From an uncultured Muribaculaceae bacterium (GTDB lineage: Bacteria > Bacillota_I > Bacilli_A > RF39 > UBA660), in contig CAYJEO010000002.1 in assembly GCA_964369355.1 (NCBI GenBank), forward strand, positions 5 to 64,004: 64,000 nt of DNA, written 5' to 3'. The first letter of the stretch is position 1, and the number at the start of each line of letters is the position of its first letter. Shown here piece after piece: positions 1 to 8,533 of this stretch. A program made the translations under genes and the position numbers. The notes beneath the pieces are model-generated. The model was given only the letters and a program-made list of their open reading frames with translations. It made no database searches and had not been told where the DNA came from.

Positions 1-19
1 GGTTAGTTTATCTTTAATT

Positions 20-46
20 AAAGATTAATTTATTAATCTTTTTTTA
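20..46 (+). terminator. Intrinsic-terminator-like hairpin, probably ending a gene upstream of the window
   Basis: aaagatta (20-27) pairs with taatcttt (34-41) across a 6-nt loop. The stem runs into a T-tract. Confidence 0.4.
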
Positions 47-230
47 TTTGATTTAATATATTATATTTGATAAAATATCTTTATAAAGTAAGTAGGTTTA
101 TGAATAAGTAAAATTTAGGTATAATGAAACTAATGTGTTTTTAATGAAAAATGTAAAATATTAAATTAATTAAATAATGTTGTTAAATAAAATTTTAATA
201 CCATTCAAAAAATAGAAGGGATAACATAAA

Positions 231-761
231 ATGAAAGAAATAATAACAAATATAGATAAATTAAAAGAAGAGGAAATGACAGAAATAAAACGAAAAGTAA
301 AACTTTTACTTATAAATTCTAATAAAGAAATTATGCTTGCTTATTCAAATAATGAATATCAATTTCCTGGTGGAACCAATGAAGAAAATGAAAAACTTAT
401 TGAAACAGTTAATAGAGAAATTGAAGAAGAGACAGGTATTATTTTAAATTTAGAAAAATTAGAACCGTTTGCATGTGCTAAAGGATATTATAAAAATTGG
501 CCTGAAAAAGGAAAAAACAGAAAAATCGAAATATATTACTATGAAATTATAACTGACGAACAACCGAAATTAGATAAACTGAAATTAACTGAAAAGGAAA
601 AAAATGGAGATTTTGAGTTAAGATTTGTTAGTTTAGATAAAGTAGAAGAAGAATTAATTAATAATGTAAAAATATTTGGTGATCCGCACAGTATTACAAA
701 AGAAATGTTAGAGTTATTTAAAATATATAAAAACAAGGATGCCGAAAATAGAAAACTTTAA
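231..761 (+). CDS. NUDIX hydrolase
   Basis: Nudix box GX5EX7REUXEEXGU is readable as GGTNEENEKLIETVNREIEEETGI. An SD-like aagggataa sits before the ATG. Confidence 0.8.
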   Translation: MKEIITNIDKLKEEEMTEIKRKVKLLLINSNKEIMLAYSNNEYQFPGGTNEENEKLIETVNREIEEETGIILNLEKLEPFACAKGYYKNWPEKGKNRKIEIYYYEIITDEQPKLDKLKLTEKEKNGDFELRFVSLDKVEEELINNVKIFGDPHSITKEMLELFKIYKNKDAENRKL

Positions 762-876
762 AATTTGAGATTAAAATGCCTAAATGGGATTGATGATGAA
801 GATTTAAATATTGTTATAAAGTAATCTAATGCATTGAAAAAAGTTGCAAATTACTATAAGAAGGAGAGAAAATAAT

Positions 877-1332
877 ATGAAATTTTACGATTTATTAATG
901 GAGAAAGCAAAAGAAGATGGAATAGAAAAAAATGTAGTAGGTGGCATTGTTATAAATAAAGAAAATCAAATACTGATTTTAACTAGAAAAAGCGATGATT
1001 TTATGGGCGGAATTGATGAACTACCTAGCGGTAATATGGAAAATAGGGAGAAAATCAAAGAAGCATTAATAAGAGAAGTTAAGGAAGAAACAAATTTAGA
1101 TGTGATTAATATAAAAAATTATATTAATACTTTTGATTATTTATCAGGTAGTGGGAAAAAAGCGAGACAGTATAATTTTGTTGTAGAAGTAGACAATAGT
1201 AGTAATGTTAAATTATCTGAACATGACGAATTTAAATGGTTAAGTATTGAAGATGCCAGAAATAACTGTAAAATTACAGATGAAGTAAAATATGCATTAG
1301 AAATATTTTATTTTAACAATATGGAGAAGTAA
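877..1332 (+). CDS. NUDIX hydrolase (second, divergent copy)
   Basis: Nudix box SGNMENREKIKEALIREVKEETNL. I prefer ATG 877 (MKFYDLL), 8 nt after SD aaggagag, over the TTG at 844 used in the ORF track. Confidence 0.8.
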   Translation: MKFYDLLMEKAKEDGIEKNVVGGIVINKENQILILTRKSDDFMGGIDELPSGNMENREKIKEALIREVKEETNLDVINIKNYINTFDYLSGSGKKARQYNFVVEVDNSSNVKLSEHDEFKWLSIEDARNNCKITDEVKYALEIFYFNNMEK

Positions 1333-1335
1333 GAT

Positions 1336-1434
1336 GAAACAACATTTTGTGCAACTGCTTGCATAGTGAATCCTTAAGAAGATAAAATTTTGTTTATTTT
1401 TCATAAAAAGTTACAAGAATGGCTATTTGCATGA
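1336..1434 (+). pseudogene. Decayed NUDIX gene fragment (N-terminal part only)
   Basis: The frame starting at 1336 reads ETTFCATACIVNP*EDKILFIFHKKLQEWLFA*. This is a typical Nudix N-terminus (xACIVNxEDKILxIxHKKLxxWLxxGGH) interrupted by TAA at 1375 and TGA at 1432. No Nudix box follows. Confidence 0.5.
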
Positions 1435-1853
1435 TGTCTAATCAATGAAAAGGAGTCTTCATAGATAATGATAAAACAGATGAAAGTCTTATGACAATGA
1501 TAAATAACGTACTAGATTCAAATGGAAAAATAAAAGATCAATTTCCTTAACTAGCAATATAAATTTTATTAGAAATCAAATTAAAATTGTACCAGAAGGA
1601 CTTTATAATGAAATGGTAATATATTTACAATTTGAAGAATATTTACTACGGAAAATATTGCTTTTATTAATTCTAAATTACAAACGAATTTTAAAATCAC
1701 TAGAAGAATATTATTATACTGAAATGTATGATTATTTATCACAGTACGGTATAGAATTTTCACAGAAATCTATAGACACAATGGAAATTATACTTGATAA
1801 AAATAAATATTATTCTAACTTTAAGAAGGAGAAAATATTAAGGAGGAAATAAA

Positions 1854-2396
1854 ATGAAAATATTGTTTATATCAGATATTCATGGTATAACTGAAAATTT
1901 AAATTATATTAAGGTATTAGAAGAAAAAGAAAATTTTGATAAAATTGTAGTATTAGGCGATTTATATTATGCTGGTCCAACTTATGATAATTCCTATCAA
2001 ATTAATAGCAATGAAGTCAAAAAGTTTCTTACGAAAAATCAAGATAAACTTATATGTATGAAAGGTAATTGTGACTCTGAAGTTGATATAAAGGCGAGTG
2101 ATTTTCCGATTTGCAGCACTATATCATTAATTTGTGTAGATGGATTAGATATTTATTTGACTCATGGCAATGAACACAATATAGAAAAAGATAGAAAGTT
2201 CAAGAGAAAAGGAATTCTTGTTTATGGCCATGATCATTATCCTTTTATAAAAAAGAAAAATGATATGATATTTATTAATGTTGGATCTATATCATTACCT
2301 AAAAAAGATATTGAAGCAAGTTTTGGGATATATGAAGAAAAAGTATTTACTATATATGGTATATCTGGGAATGAATTAGAGAAAATAGTGTTTTAA
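1854..2396 (+). CDS. YfcE/MJ0936-type metallophosphoesterase
   Basis: Calcineurin-like motifs appear in order: SDIHG, LGDLYY, GNCD, THGN, GHDH. Strong SD aaggagga. Confidence 0.8.
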   Translation: MKILFISDIHGITENLNYIKVLEEKENFDKIVVLGDLYYAGPTYDNSYQINSNEVKKFLTKNQDKLICMKGNCDSEVDIKASDFPICSTISLICVDGLDIYLTHGNEHNIEKDRKFKRKGILVYGHDHYPFIKKKNDMIFINVGSISLPKKDIEASFGIYEEKVFTIYGISGNELEKIVF

Positions 2397-2460
2397 AAAT
2401 AATGTAAAAAAAACATATAATAGATAGATTTAGTTCCAAAACATTTCTATCTTTTTTTAA

Positions 2461-2489
2461 TTGACTTAAAACAGTTTATTTGATAACAT
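2461..2489 (+). promoter_or_regulatory. Sigma-A-type promoter for the 2511 gene
   Basis: TTGACT (2461-2466), a 17-nt spacer, then extended -10 TGaTAACAT (2481-2489). Confidence 0.45.
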
Positions 2490-2510
2490 ATTCTAACCAG
2501 GAGGGATTAT

Positions 2511-3584
2511 ATGAAAAAAGTAATCGCTATAACTTTAGAAAATATAATAAGTAGTAAAAATGATTTTTGTGTAAATAATATTCCTAAGTATTTATTTAAT
2601 AAGTATAATATGAAAGTGACATTAGAAGATATTAATAAAGAAAGATATTCAGAAAAATTTAATTTAAACAGACATTTAATTATTAAAAGTATTTCAGATT
2701 TACAAGCACAAAAAATTTATAAAGAAGTTAATATAGATTTTATTAAAAATAACTATGCAAAATATTTGTTTTTTAAAATAGATACAAAAGTAATTGATTT
2801 TTTTAATAAAATAGACGGTGATATTGTTTTTATATTACCTGAGACTAATAAATCTAATATAGAGCAAGTTATAATTGAAAATTTATTTAAATCTTATTTA
2901 AAATTAAATAAAGTTAATTTTTCTAAAGTGATTTCTGCTTCTTCGATAAAAGAAAAATTAGAGTATTTAGAAAATATAAATCCAGATTTATTATTAACTT
3001 CGAATAAAGATTTAGTTTCTTCTTATAAAGGTAATAGTATGAAGTTAAATTATGAAATGATCAATAATGATTTAAATATATATCCTATATTAAATGAGAT
3101 AAAAGATATAAAAACTCATTTATATATAGATAAACTAAATGTATATAATTTAAAGTTTATTTCTATAAAACATAAGTTACTTAAAAATGATTTATATGAA
3201 ACTATTAATTATGAAAAAATAAATAAAAATATTTCTAAAATAAAAAGACCTATTATATATGTAAGTAATACATTATCTAATTTAGATAAATCTACATTAA
3301 TTGTTAATTCTAAACAACCTGTATATTTTTTTAAAGAAGAGTATTTAAAAAATACTACTGAAGGTCAAGTAAAATATGATATTAAAACTTTATTAGAAAA
3401 TCGTTTTAGTGTTGTTACTTTAGAAAATGAATATGTATTTGATTTAGCAGCTAAATTAAATATTCCTATTGTTCCAATAGAAACAAATAATAATACAATT
3501 CTATATGATTCTGTTAATAAATTAGATAAAATAGAGTTAAAAGAAGAGTATGAGAAAGTTAAAAATAAAAATAAGAGCATTTAA
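2511..3584 (+). CDS. Hypothetical protein; the C-terminal half resembles a lysophospholipid acyltransferase (PlsC/LPLAT) fold with degenerate catalytic motifs
   Basis: YVSNTLSNLD sits where LPLATs have NHxSxxD, with His replaced by Thr. LNIPIVPIE matches the LPLAT P(I/V)(I/V)P(I/V) block. N-terminal KVIAITLENI sits where HAD enzymes have DxDxT. Strong SD ggaggg. Family calls are tentative. Confidence 0.6.
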   Translation: MKKVIAITLENIISSKNDFCVNNIPKYLFNKYNMKVTLEDINKERYSEKFNLNRHLIIKSISDLQAQKIYKEVNIDFIKNNYAKYLFFKIDTKVIDFFNKIDGDIVFILPETNKSNIEQVIIENLFKSYLKLNKVNFSKVISASSIKEKLEYLENINPDLLLTSNKDLVSSYKGNSMKLNYEMINNDLNIYPILNEIKDIKTHLYIDKLNVYNLKFISIKHKLLKNDLYETINYEKINKNISKIKRPIIYVSNTLSNLDKSTLIVNSKQPVYFFKEEYLKNTTEGQVKYDIKTLLENRFSVVTLENEYVFDLAAKLNIPIVPIETNNNTILYDSVNKLDKIELKEEYEKVKNKNKSI

Positions 3585-3603
3585 GTGATTAAATGTTTTT
3601 TTA
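3578..3603 (+). terminator. Intrinsic terminator after the 2511-3584 gene
   Basis: catttaa/ttaaatg forms a 7-bp stem with a gtga loop and a T8 tract. The hairpin spans the stop codon. Confidence 0.6.
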
Positions 3604-3717
3604 TATCTAAATATAATTTTAATTTTTTTCGACAATTTCCTTATAAAATATTGAAAATATTGACCTTTTATGTTATTCTTATATAAGTAGTAGAATAGCC
3701 AAGAAAGAGGTTTGAGT

Positions 3718-6700
3718 ATGGAAAAATATAGATTATCTAAACCACAGATGAATATTTGGAACATGGATTTAACAAATCCTAATAGCCCTCTTACAAACAT
3801 TTGTGGTGAACTTATAATAGAAGAGCAAGAATTCGATTATGAATTACTAAATAAAGCTGTAAATCATGTTATAAGAATGAATGATGGATTACGAATTAAA
3901 CTTACAGAAACTGCTGATGGCGTTCAACAATATTTTGAAGAGTATAAGGAATCCAATATCGAATTTTTAGATTTTTCAATGAAAACAGACAAAGAAATAG
4001 AATTGTTTAGAAAAAATAAAGCAACTTCTAAATTACCAGATGGCGAATTGATTGAGTTTAAATTAATACAATATGGCACAAAAAAAGCAAGTGTATTTTT
4101 ATTAGCGAATCATATAGTAATAGATGCTTATTCAGTGGCTTTGTTAAGTGAGTTAATTTTGAATAATTATGAAAAATTAAAAAATAACGAAGAACTTGAT
4201 TTTGAAACTGGGAGTTCTTATAAAGTATTGCTTGAAAGAGAACAAAAATATTTTGAAAGTTCTAATTATCAAGAAGATAAAATTTTTTTTGATAATGAAT
4301 TTAAAGAAGAACCTAAAGTTGTGTCTGTTACGCACAAGCAAACTGATAATATTTCAGCTGCTAGAATTGATAAACTATTAACACAGGAAGAAACTCAAAA
4401 GTTAAAAGATTTTTGTGTTAAAAATGAAATTTTTGAGGCAGTATTCTTTGATACTTTAATATTTACTTATTTAAATAGAATTTCTGGAGAAGAAGAAATT
4501 ACTATTGGGTCACCTGTTATGAATAGGAAAGGACCTAAAGAAAGAAAAACACTTGGGATGTTTGTAAGCACTAATCATTTGAAAGTAGACATAGAAAAAG
4601 AAGATAGTTTTAGAACCTTATCAAAGAAAGTATCGAGCAAAAAGTTTGCTATGTTCAAAAGGCAAGCGTATCCTTTTATGGATCTTCAAAATGATTTGTA
4701 TGAAAAATTTGGATATTCTGGAAAATTATTTGATGTTGCAGTTTCTTATCAAAATGCAAAAATAACAGGTGCAAAAGAAAATAGTAATAGTCATGCTGAT
4801 TGGTATTTTTCAGAATCGCTGAATAACTCGTTCATGCTAAGTATTGATGATAGAAGTGATTCCAATGAATTAAGATTGAGTTTTGACTATCAAACATCAA
4901 TTTTGTCAAAGGATGATGTTAATAATATTATCGATAGACTTGGTTCTATGATGGATCAAATCATTGAAAATCCAGATATAAAATTAACTGAAATAGAAAT
5001 ATTAAGCGAAAAAGATAAGGAAATATATAATAATTACAATAATTCGCCATATCAAGAAATAGATAAGTCAGTTATTGAAATTTTTGAAGAGGAAGTTGAA
5101 AAGAATCCAAATAATATTGCATTAGAATTTGAAAATAAAAGTTTTACATATAAGCAATTAAACATGTTAGCTAATGAACTGGCTAATTACTTATTAACTC
5201 AGAACTTAAGTGAAAATGAGATAATTCCTATTGTTGGTAATAGGAGTCATTATACTATAATATCTCTACTAGCATTGAGAAAAATAAATAAAGCATATTT
5301 CATAATTGATGAAACTCAATATCCATTAGAACGAATAAATTATTTATTAGATGAAGTGAAAGCAGATAAAATTTTGACATTTGGAACATCATATAAAAAA
5401 GAAAATGTTGAAGCAATTGATATTAGAAATAGTAAAGAAAATGCAACCAGTGAATGGTATAACAATTTAAATATACCTACACATGCAGAGGATTCATTTG
5501 CTGCCATCCATACTTCTGGTTCTACAGGCAATCCCAAAGTAGCAGTTGTTAGTGATTCAGGCATCGTAAATATGGCAAAAAATAATGATTATTTATTAGA
5601 TACTAGTGATACTTCTATAAGTTTAATTACAATGTCATTTGATGCATTTCTAGTTGATACATTTTTGCCGTTACTAAATGGAAAAAAATTGTTATTAACT
5701 AATAATGAAGAAATTAATGATATAAATGCTATAGAAAATATGTTGGATAAAGAAAATTCAGTATATTTAACACTTACACCTACTAAACTAAAAATGCTTT
5801 TAAGCATGAGTGAAAATGAATCATGGAATAAAGTAAATAACATGGTTCTTGGTGGTGAAAAAATAGATGCGTCACTATTATCTTTAATTGAAGAAAAATG
5901 TGGCGACTTAAATTTATATAATTTATATGGTCCTACTGAAACAACCGTATTTAATAGTATGAAAAAAGTTGAAAATGGGGAAACGACAATAGGCCATCCA
6001 ACAAAGAATTTTAAGAATTATATAAAAGATAAAAATAATAATATTTTACCTCCTAATGTGCTTGGAGAAATTCATGTCTCTGGAACAGGTGTTGCAAAAG
6101 GGTATTATGGACGTGAAGAATTAACTAATGAAAAATTTTATGTTGATGATAATACGAATTTGAGAACTTATAAAACAGGGGATTTTGGTTATATTAATGA
6201 AAAAAATGAAATGGTTTTTATAGGAAGAATGGATAGCCAAATAAAAATTAATGGACTTAGAATAGAAATAGAAGAAATTGAAAGTGTTTTAAATAAATTT
6301 CCAGGCATTAAATTATCCGCTGTTGATGTACAAAAGACAAAAGAGGAAGGTTTTTTAGTTGCCTTTTATGAAGGTACTCCAGATTCTTCTGTTGAAGGTG
6401 ATTTTGCTAAACTTCTACAAAAACATTTAGAAATTTATTTACCTGCTTATATGGTGCCTCAAAGTTTTGTGAAACTTGATTCAATACCTAAAACTACATC
6501 AGGAAAAATCGATAGAAAAAAACTACCTAAAATTTCTATTAGTGACATATTGAAAGATAATTATACAGCACCAGAAACTATATTAGAGCGTAAAATTTGC
6601 AATATTTGGGAAGAAATATTAAAAGTTGCACCAATCGGTGTAGAAAATACATTTTCGTCGCTAGGAGGAAACTCTAAGTTATTGATAAATATGATTTTAA

Positions 6701-7905
6701 AAATAGAAAGAGAATTATCTGTTTCTTGTAAAACGAGCGAACTTCCAAAAAACCCTACTATAAAAGATATTGCTCAACTAATTGAAAAAGAAAAAAACTT
6801 TAATGATATCAATATTGAAAGTTACAATATTGATAGTATCTCAATAGGTGAAAAACAGAGTGATAAAGATATTTTGTTAACAGGAGCTGGAGGATATTTA
6901 GGTTCTCATATGTTGAAAAATATAATGGATACGACAGATAAAAATGTGTACTGCCTTGTGAGAAATCCAGAAAAATTTATCAAGACATTGAATTTTTATT
7001 TTGATGATTGTAATGAATTTTCAAATAGAGTATTCATTGTAAATGGTGATATCTCAAAAGAAAATTTAGGACTTAATGAATATGAATATTCAGAGTTAGC
7101 TAAGAGAGTTAGCGTGGTTATAAATAGTGCTGCAAATGTTAGTCATTTTTCTACTTTAGATGAAGCGAAACGTGATAATGTAGATGGTGTTTATAATACA
7201 GCGAAATTTGCTTTAGAAAATGGTTCTAAGTATGAACAAATGTCAACAATTACAATTTCTGGAATAGGGGTATCAAATCAAAAAATTGAAAATTTTGAAT
7301 TCAAAGAAAATAATTTAGATATAGGTCAAGACTATTCTCATGATAATTACATGCTTAGTAAATTTAAATCTGAAGAATTATTACATAAATTCAGAGAAAA
7401 AGGTCTAGATGCAAATATATACAGACTGGGTTATGTTAATAATCGAAGTTATGACAATAAATTTCAAATAAATGATGACACAAGTGCATTTAAAATGATA
7501 GTGGATACTATAAGAGAATTTGGTATTGTTCCTGAGTCAGCTGTGAACGTAAAAATCCAACATGGTCCTGTTGATAAATTGGCGGAAGCAATTGTAACTT
7601 TAATTAAAGATAAAGATTCTAATCATACCTATCATATGTACGATGAACGCATTGAAGATTTCTTTAGTTATTTAGATAGTCGAGGTGTAGATTATAAAAT
7701 AATTAATGACGAAGAATTTCGAAAAGTAGCAGAAGAAAAATTAAAAGATAGTCTTAGTTTAGAACACTCAATAGCTTATAAGTATCTAGAAAATTTCCTT
7801 AAAAATCCAACTCAAAATACTATTAGTAATAGGCAGACACAGGAAAAATTAAAAGAGTTAGGTTTTGACTACTCAAAGGGGTATCAAAATGGTGTATCTA
7901 TTTGA
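3718..7905 (+). CDS. Single-module nonribosomal peptide synthetase, domain order C-A-T-R (terminal thioester reductase)
   Basis: C domain: NHIVIDAYS, a variant of HHxxxDG. A domain: FTYKQLN (A1), HTSGSTGNPK (A3), FDAF (A4), NLYGPTE (A5), GEIHVSGTGVAKGY (A6), YKTGD (A7), GRMDSQIKINGLRIEIEEIE (A8), LPAYMVP (A9), SGKIDRK (A10). T domain: LGGNS. R domain: LTGAGGYLG Rossmann motif plus YMLSK (YxxxK). ATG 3718 follows SD agaggt; TTG 3712 is an alternative start. Confidence 0.9.
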   Translation: MEKYRLSKPQMNIWNMDLTNPNSPLTNICGELIIEEQEFDYELLNKAVNHVIRMNDGLRIKLTETADGVQQYFEEYKESNIEFLDFSMKTDKEIELFRKNKATSKLPDGELIEFKLIQYGTKKASVFLLANHIVIDAYSVALLSELILNNYEKLKNNEELDFETGSSYKVLLEREQKYFESSNYQEDKIFFDNEFKEEPKVVSVTHKQTDNISAARIDKLLTQEETQKLKDFCVKNEIFEAVFFDTLIFTYLNRISGEEEITIGSPVMNRKGPKERKTLGMFVSTNHLKVDIEKEDSFRTLSKKVSSKKFAMFKRQAYPFMDLQNDLYEKFGYSGKLFDVAVSYQNAKITGAKENSNSHADWYFSESLNNSFMLSIDDRSDSNELRLSFDYQTSILSKDDVNNIIDRLGSMMDQIIENPDIKLTEIEILSEKDKEIYNNYNNSPYQEIDKSVIEIFEEEVEKNPNNIALEFENKSFTYKQLNMLANELANYLLTQNLSENEIIPIVGNRSHYTIISLLALRKINKAYFIIDETQYPLERINYLLDEVKADKILTFGTSYKKENVEAIDIRNSKENATSEWYNNLNIPTHAEDSFAAIHTSGSTGNPKVAVVSDSGIVNMAKNNDYLLDTSDTSISLITMSFDAFLVDTFLPLLNGKKLLLTNNEEINDINAIENMLDKENSVYLTLTPTKLKMLLSMSENESWNKVNNMVLGGEKIDASLLSLIEEKCGDLNLYNLYGPTETTVFNSMKKVENGETTIGHPTKNFKNYIKDKNNNILPPNVLGEIHVSGTGVAKGYYGREELTNEKFYVDDNTNLRTYKTGDFGYINEKNEMVFIGRMDSQIKINGLRIEIEEIESVLNKFPGIKLSAVDVQKTKEEGFLVAFYEGTPDSSVEGDFAKLLQKHLEIYLPAYMVPQSFVKLDSIPKTTSGKIDRKKLPKISISDILKDNYTAPETILERKICNIWEEILKVAPIGVENTFSSLGGNSKLLINMILKIERELSVSCKTSELPKNPTIKDIAQLIEKEKNFNDINIESYNIDSISIGEKQSDKDILLTGAGGYLGSHMLKNIMDTTDKNVYCLVRNPEKFIKTLNFYFDDCNEFSNRVFIVNGDISKENLGLNEYEYSELAKRVSVVINSAANVSHFSTLDEAKRDNVDGVYNTAKFALENGSKYEQMSTITISGIGVSNQKIENFEFKENNLDIGQDYSHDNYMLSKFKSEELLHKFREKGLDANIYRLGYVNNRSYDNKFQINDDTSAFKMIVDTIREFGIVPESAVNVKIQHGPVDKLAEAIVTLIKDKDSNHTYHMYDERIEDFFSYLDSRGVDYKIINDEEFRKVAEEKLKDSLSLEHSIAYKYLENFLKNPTQNTISNRQTQEKLKELGFDYSKGYQNGVSI

Positions 7906-8515
7906 AGTAAAAAAAAAATATGAGCTAGAGAGCATTGCAAAAAAAGCACTTTCAATGCCAGTTGAAAGGTATTATAAATTTTTAAATTATAAGAATTATG
8001 AAGATAAACTTAATTGTGTAATAGCATACCTACTTTTAGAAAATCATCTTTCCAAAAGTAAATCTGAAGTAAATTTAATTAAGTTGGATTTTAATAAATT
8101 TGGTAAGCCAATAATTGAAAAATTAAATTTCAATATCAGCCATTCAGATAAAATTATTGGTGTTGCTGTTGATGAGATAAATGAGATTGGATTAGATATA
8201 GAACCAATTTCAAATTTCGATTCAGTGATGATAAACTATATGTTTGATGAACAAGATACTGAAAAATATAAAAAAGAAATTTCTAATAACGTTTTTGTTA
8301 GTAAAGTTTGGTCAATGAAAGAGGCATATCTTAAATTAAAAGGATATGGACTATCTGCAAACATGTCTAATGTAAAATTTCAGTATGAATACGATAAGAT
8401 TTTAATTAATGACATTTATATTCAAAGTTTTAAATATAACAATAATTGGATATCTATCGCATCGAAAAATATTGAAGAAAAAATTATTATAGTAGAAGAA
8501 AAAGATATTTTATAA
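7889..8515 (+). CDS. Sfp-type 4'-phosphopantetheinyl transferase
   Basis: Motifs FNISHSD, GLDIE and WSMKEAYLKLKG. ATG 7889 lies 7 nt after aaagggg and overlaps the NRPS stop by 17 nt. Confidence 0.8.
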   Translation: MVYLFEVKKKYELESIAKKALSMPVERYYKFLNYKNYEDKLNCVIAYLLLENHLSKSKSEVNLIKLDFNKFGKPIIEKLNFNISHSDKIIGVAVDEINEIGLDIEPISNFDSVMINYMFDEQDTEKYKKEISNNVFVSKVWSMKEAYLKLKGYGLSANMSNVKFQYEYDKILINDIYIQSFKYNNNWISIASKNIEEKIIIVEEKDIL

Positions 8516-8533
8516 TTACTAAAGGAGGATAAT

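Noticed and set aside
1613-1852. 79-aa ORF between the Nudix remnant and the phosphoesterase gene
   Set aside because: It has no SD. The N-terminal third looks like random hydrophobic sequence, and I recognise no family. It may be another gene remnant in the decaying 1333-1853 region, so it is left uncalled.
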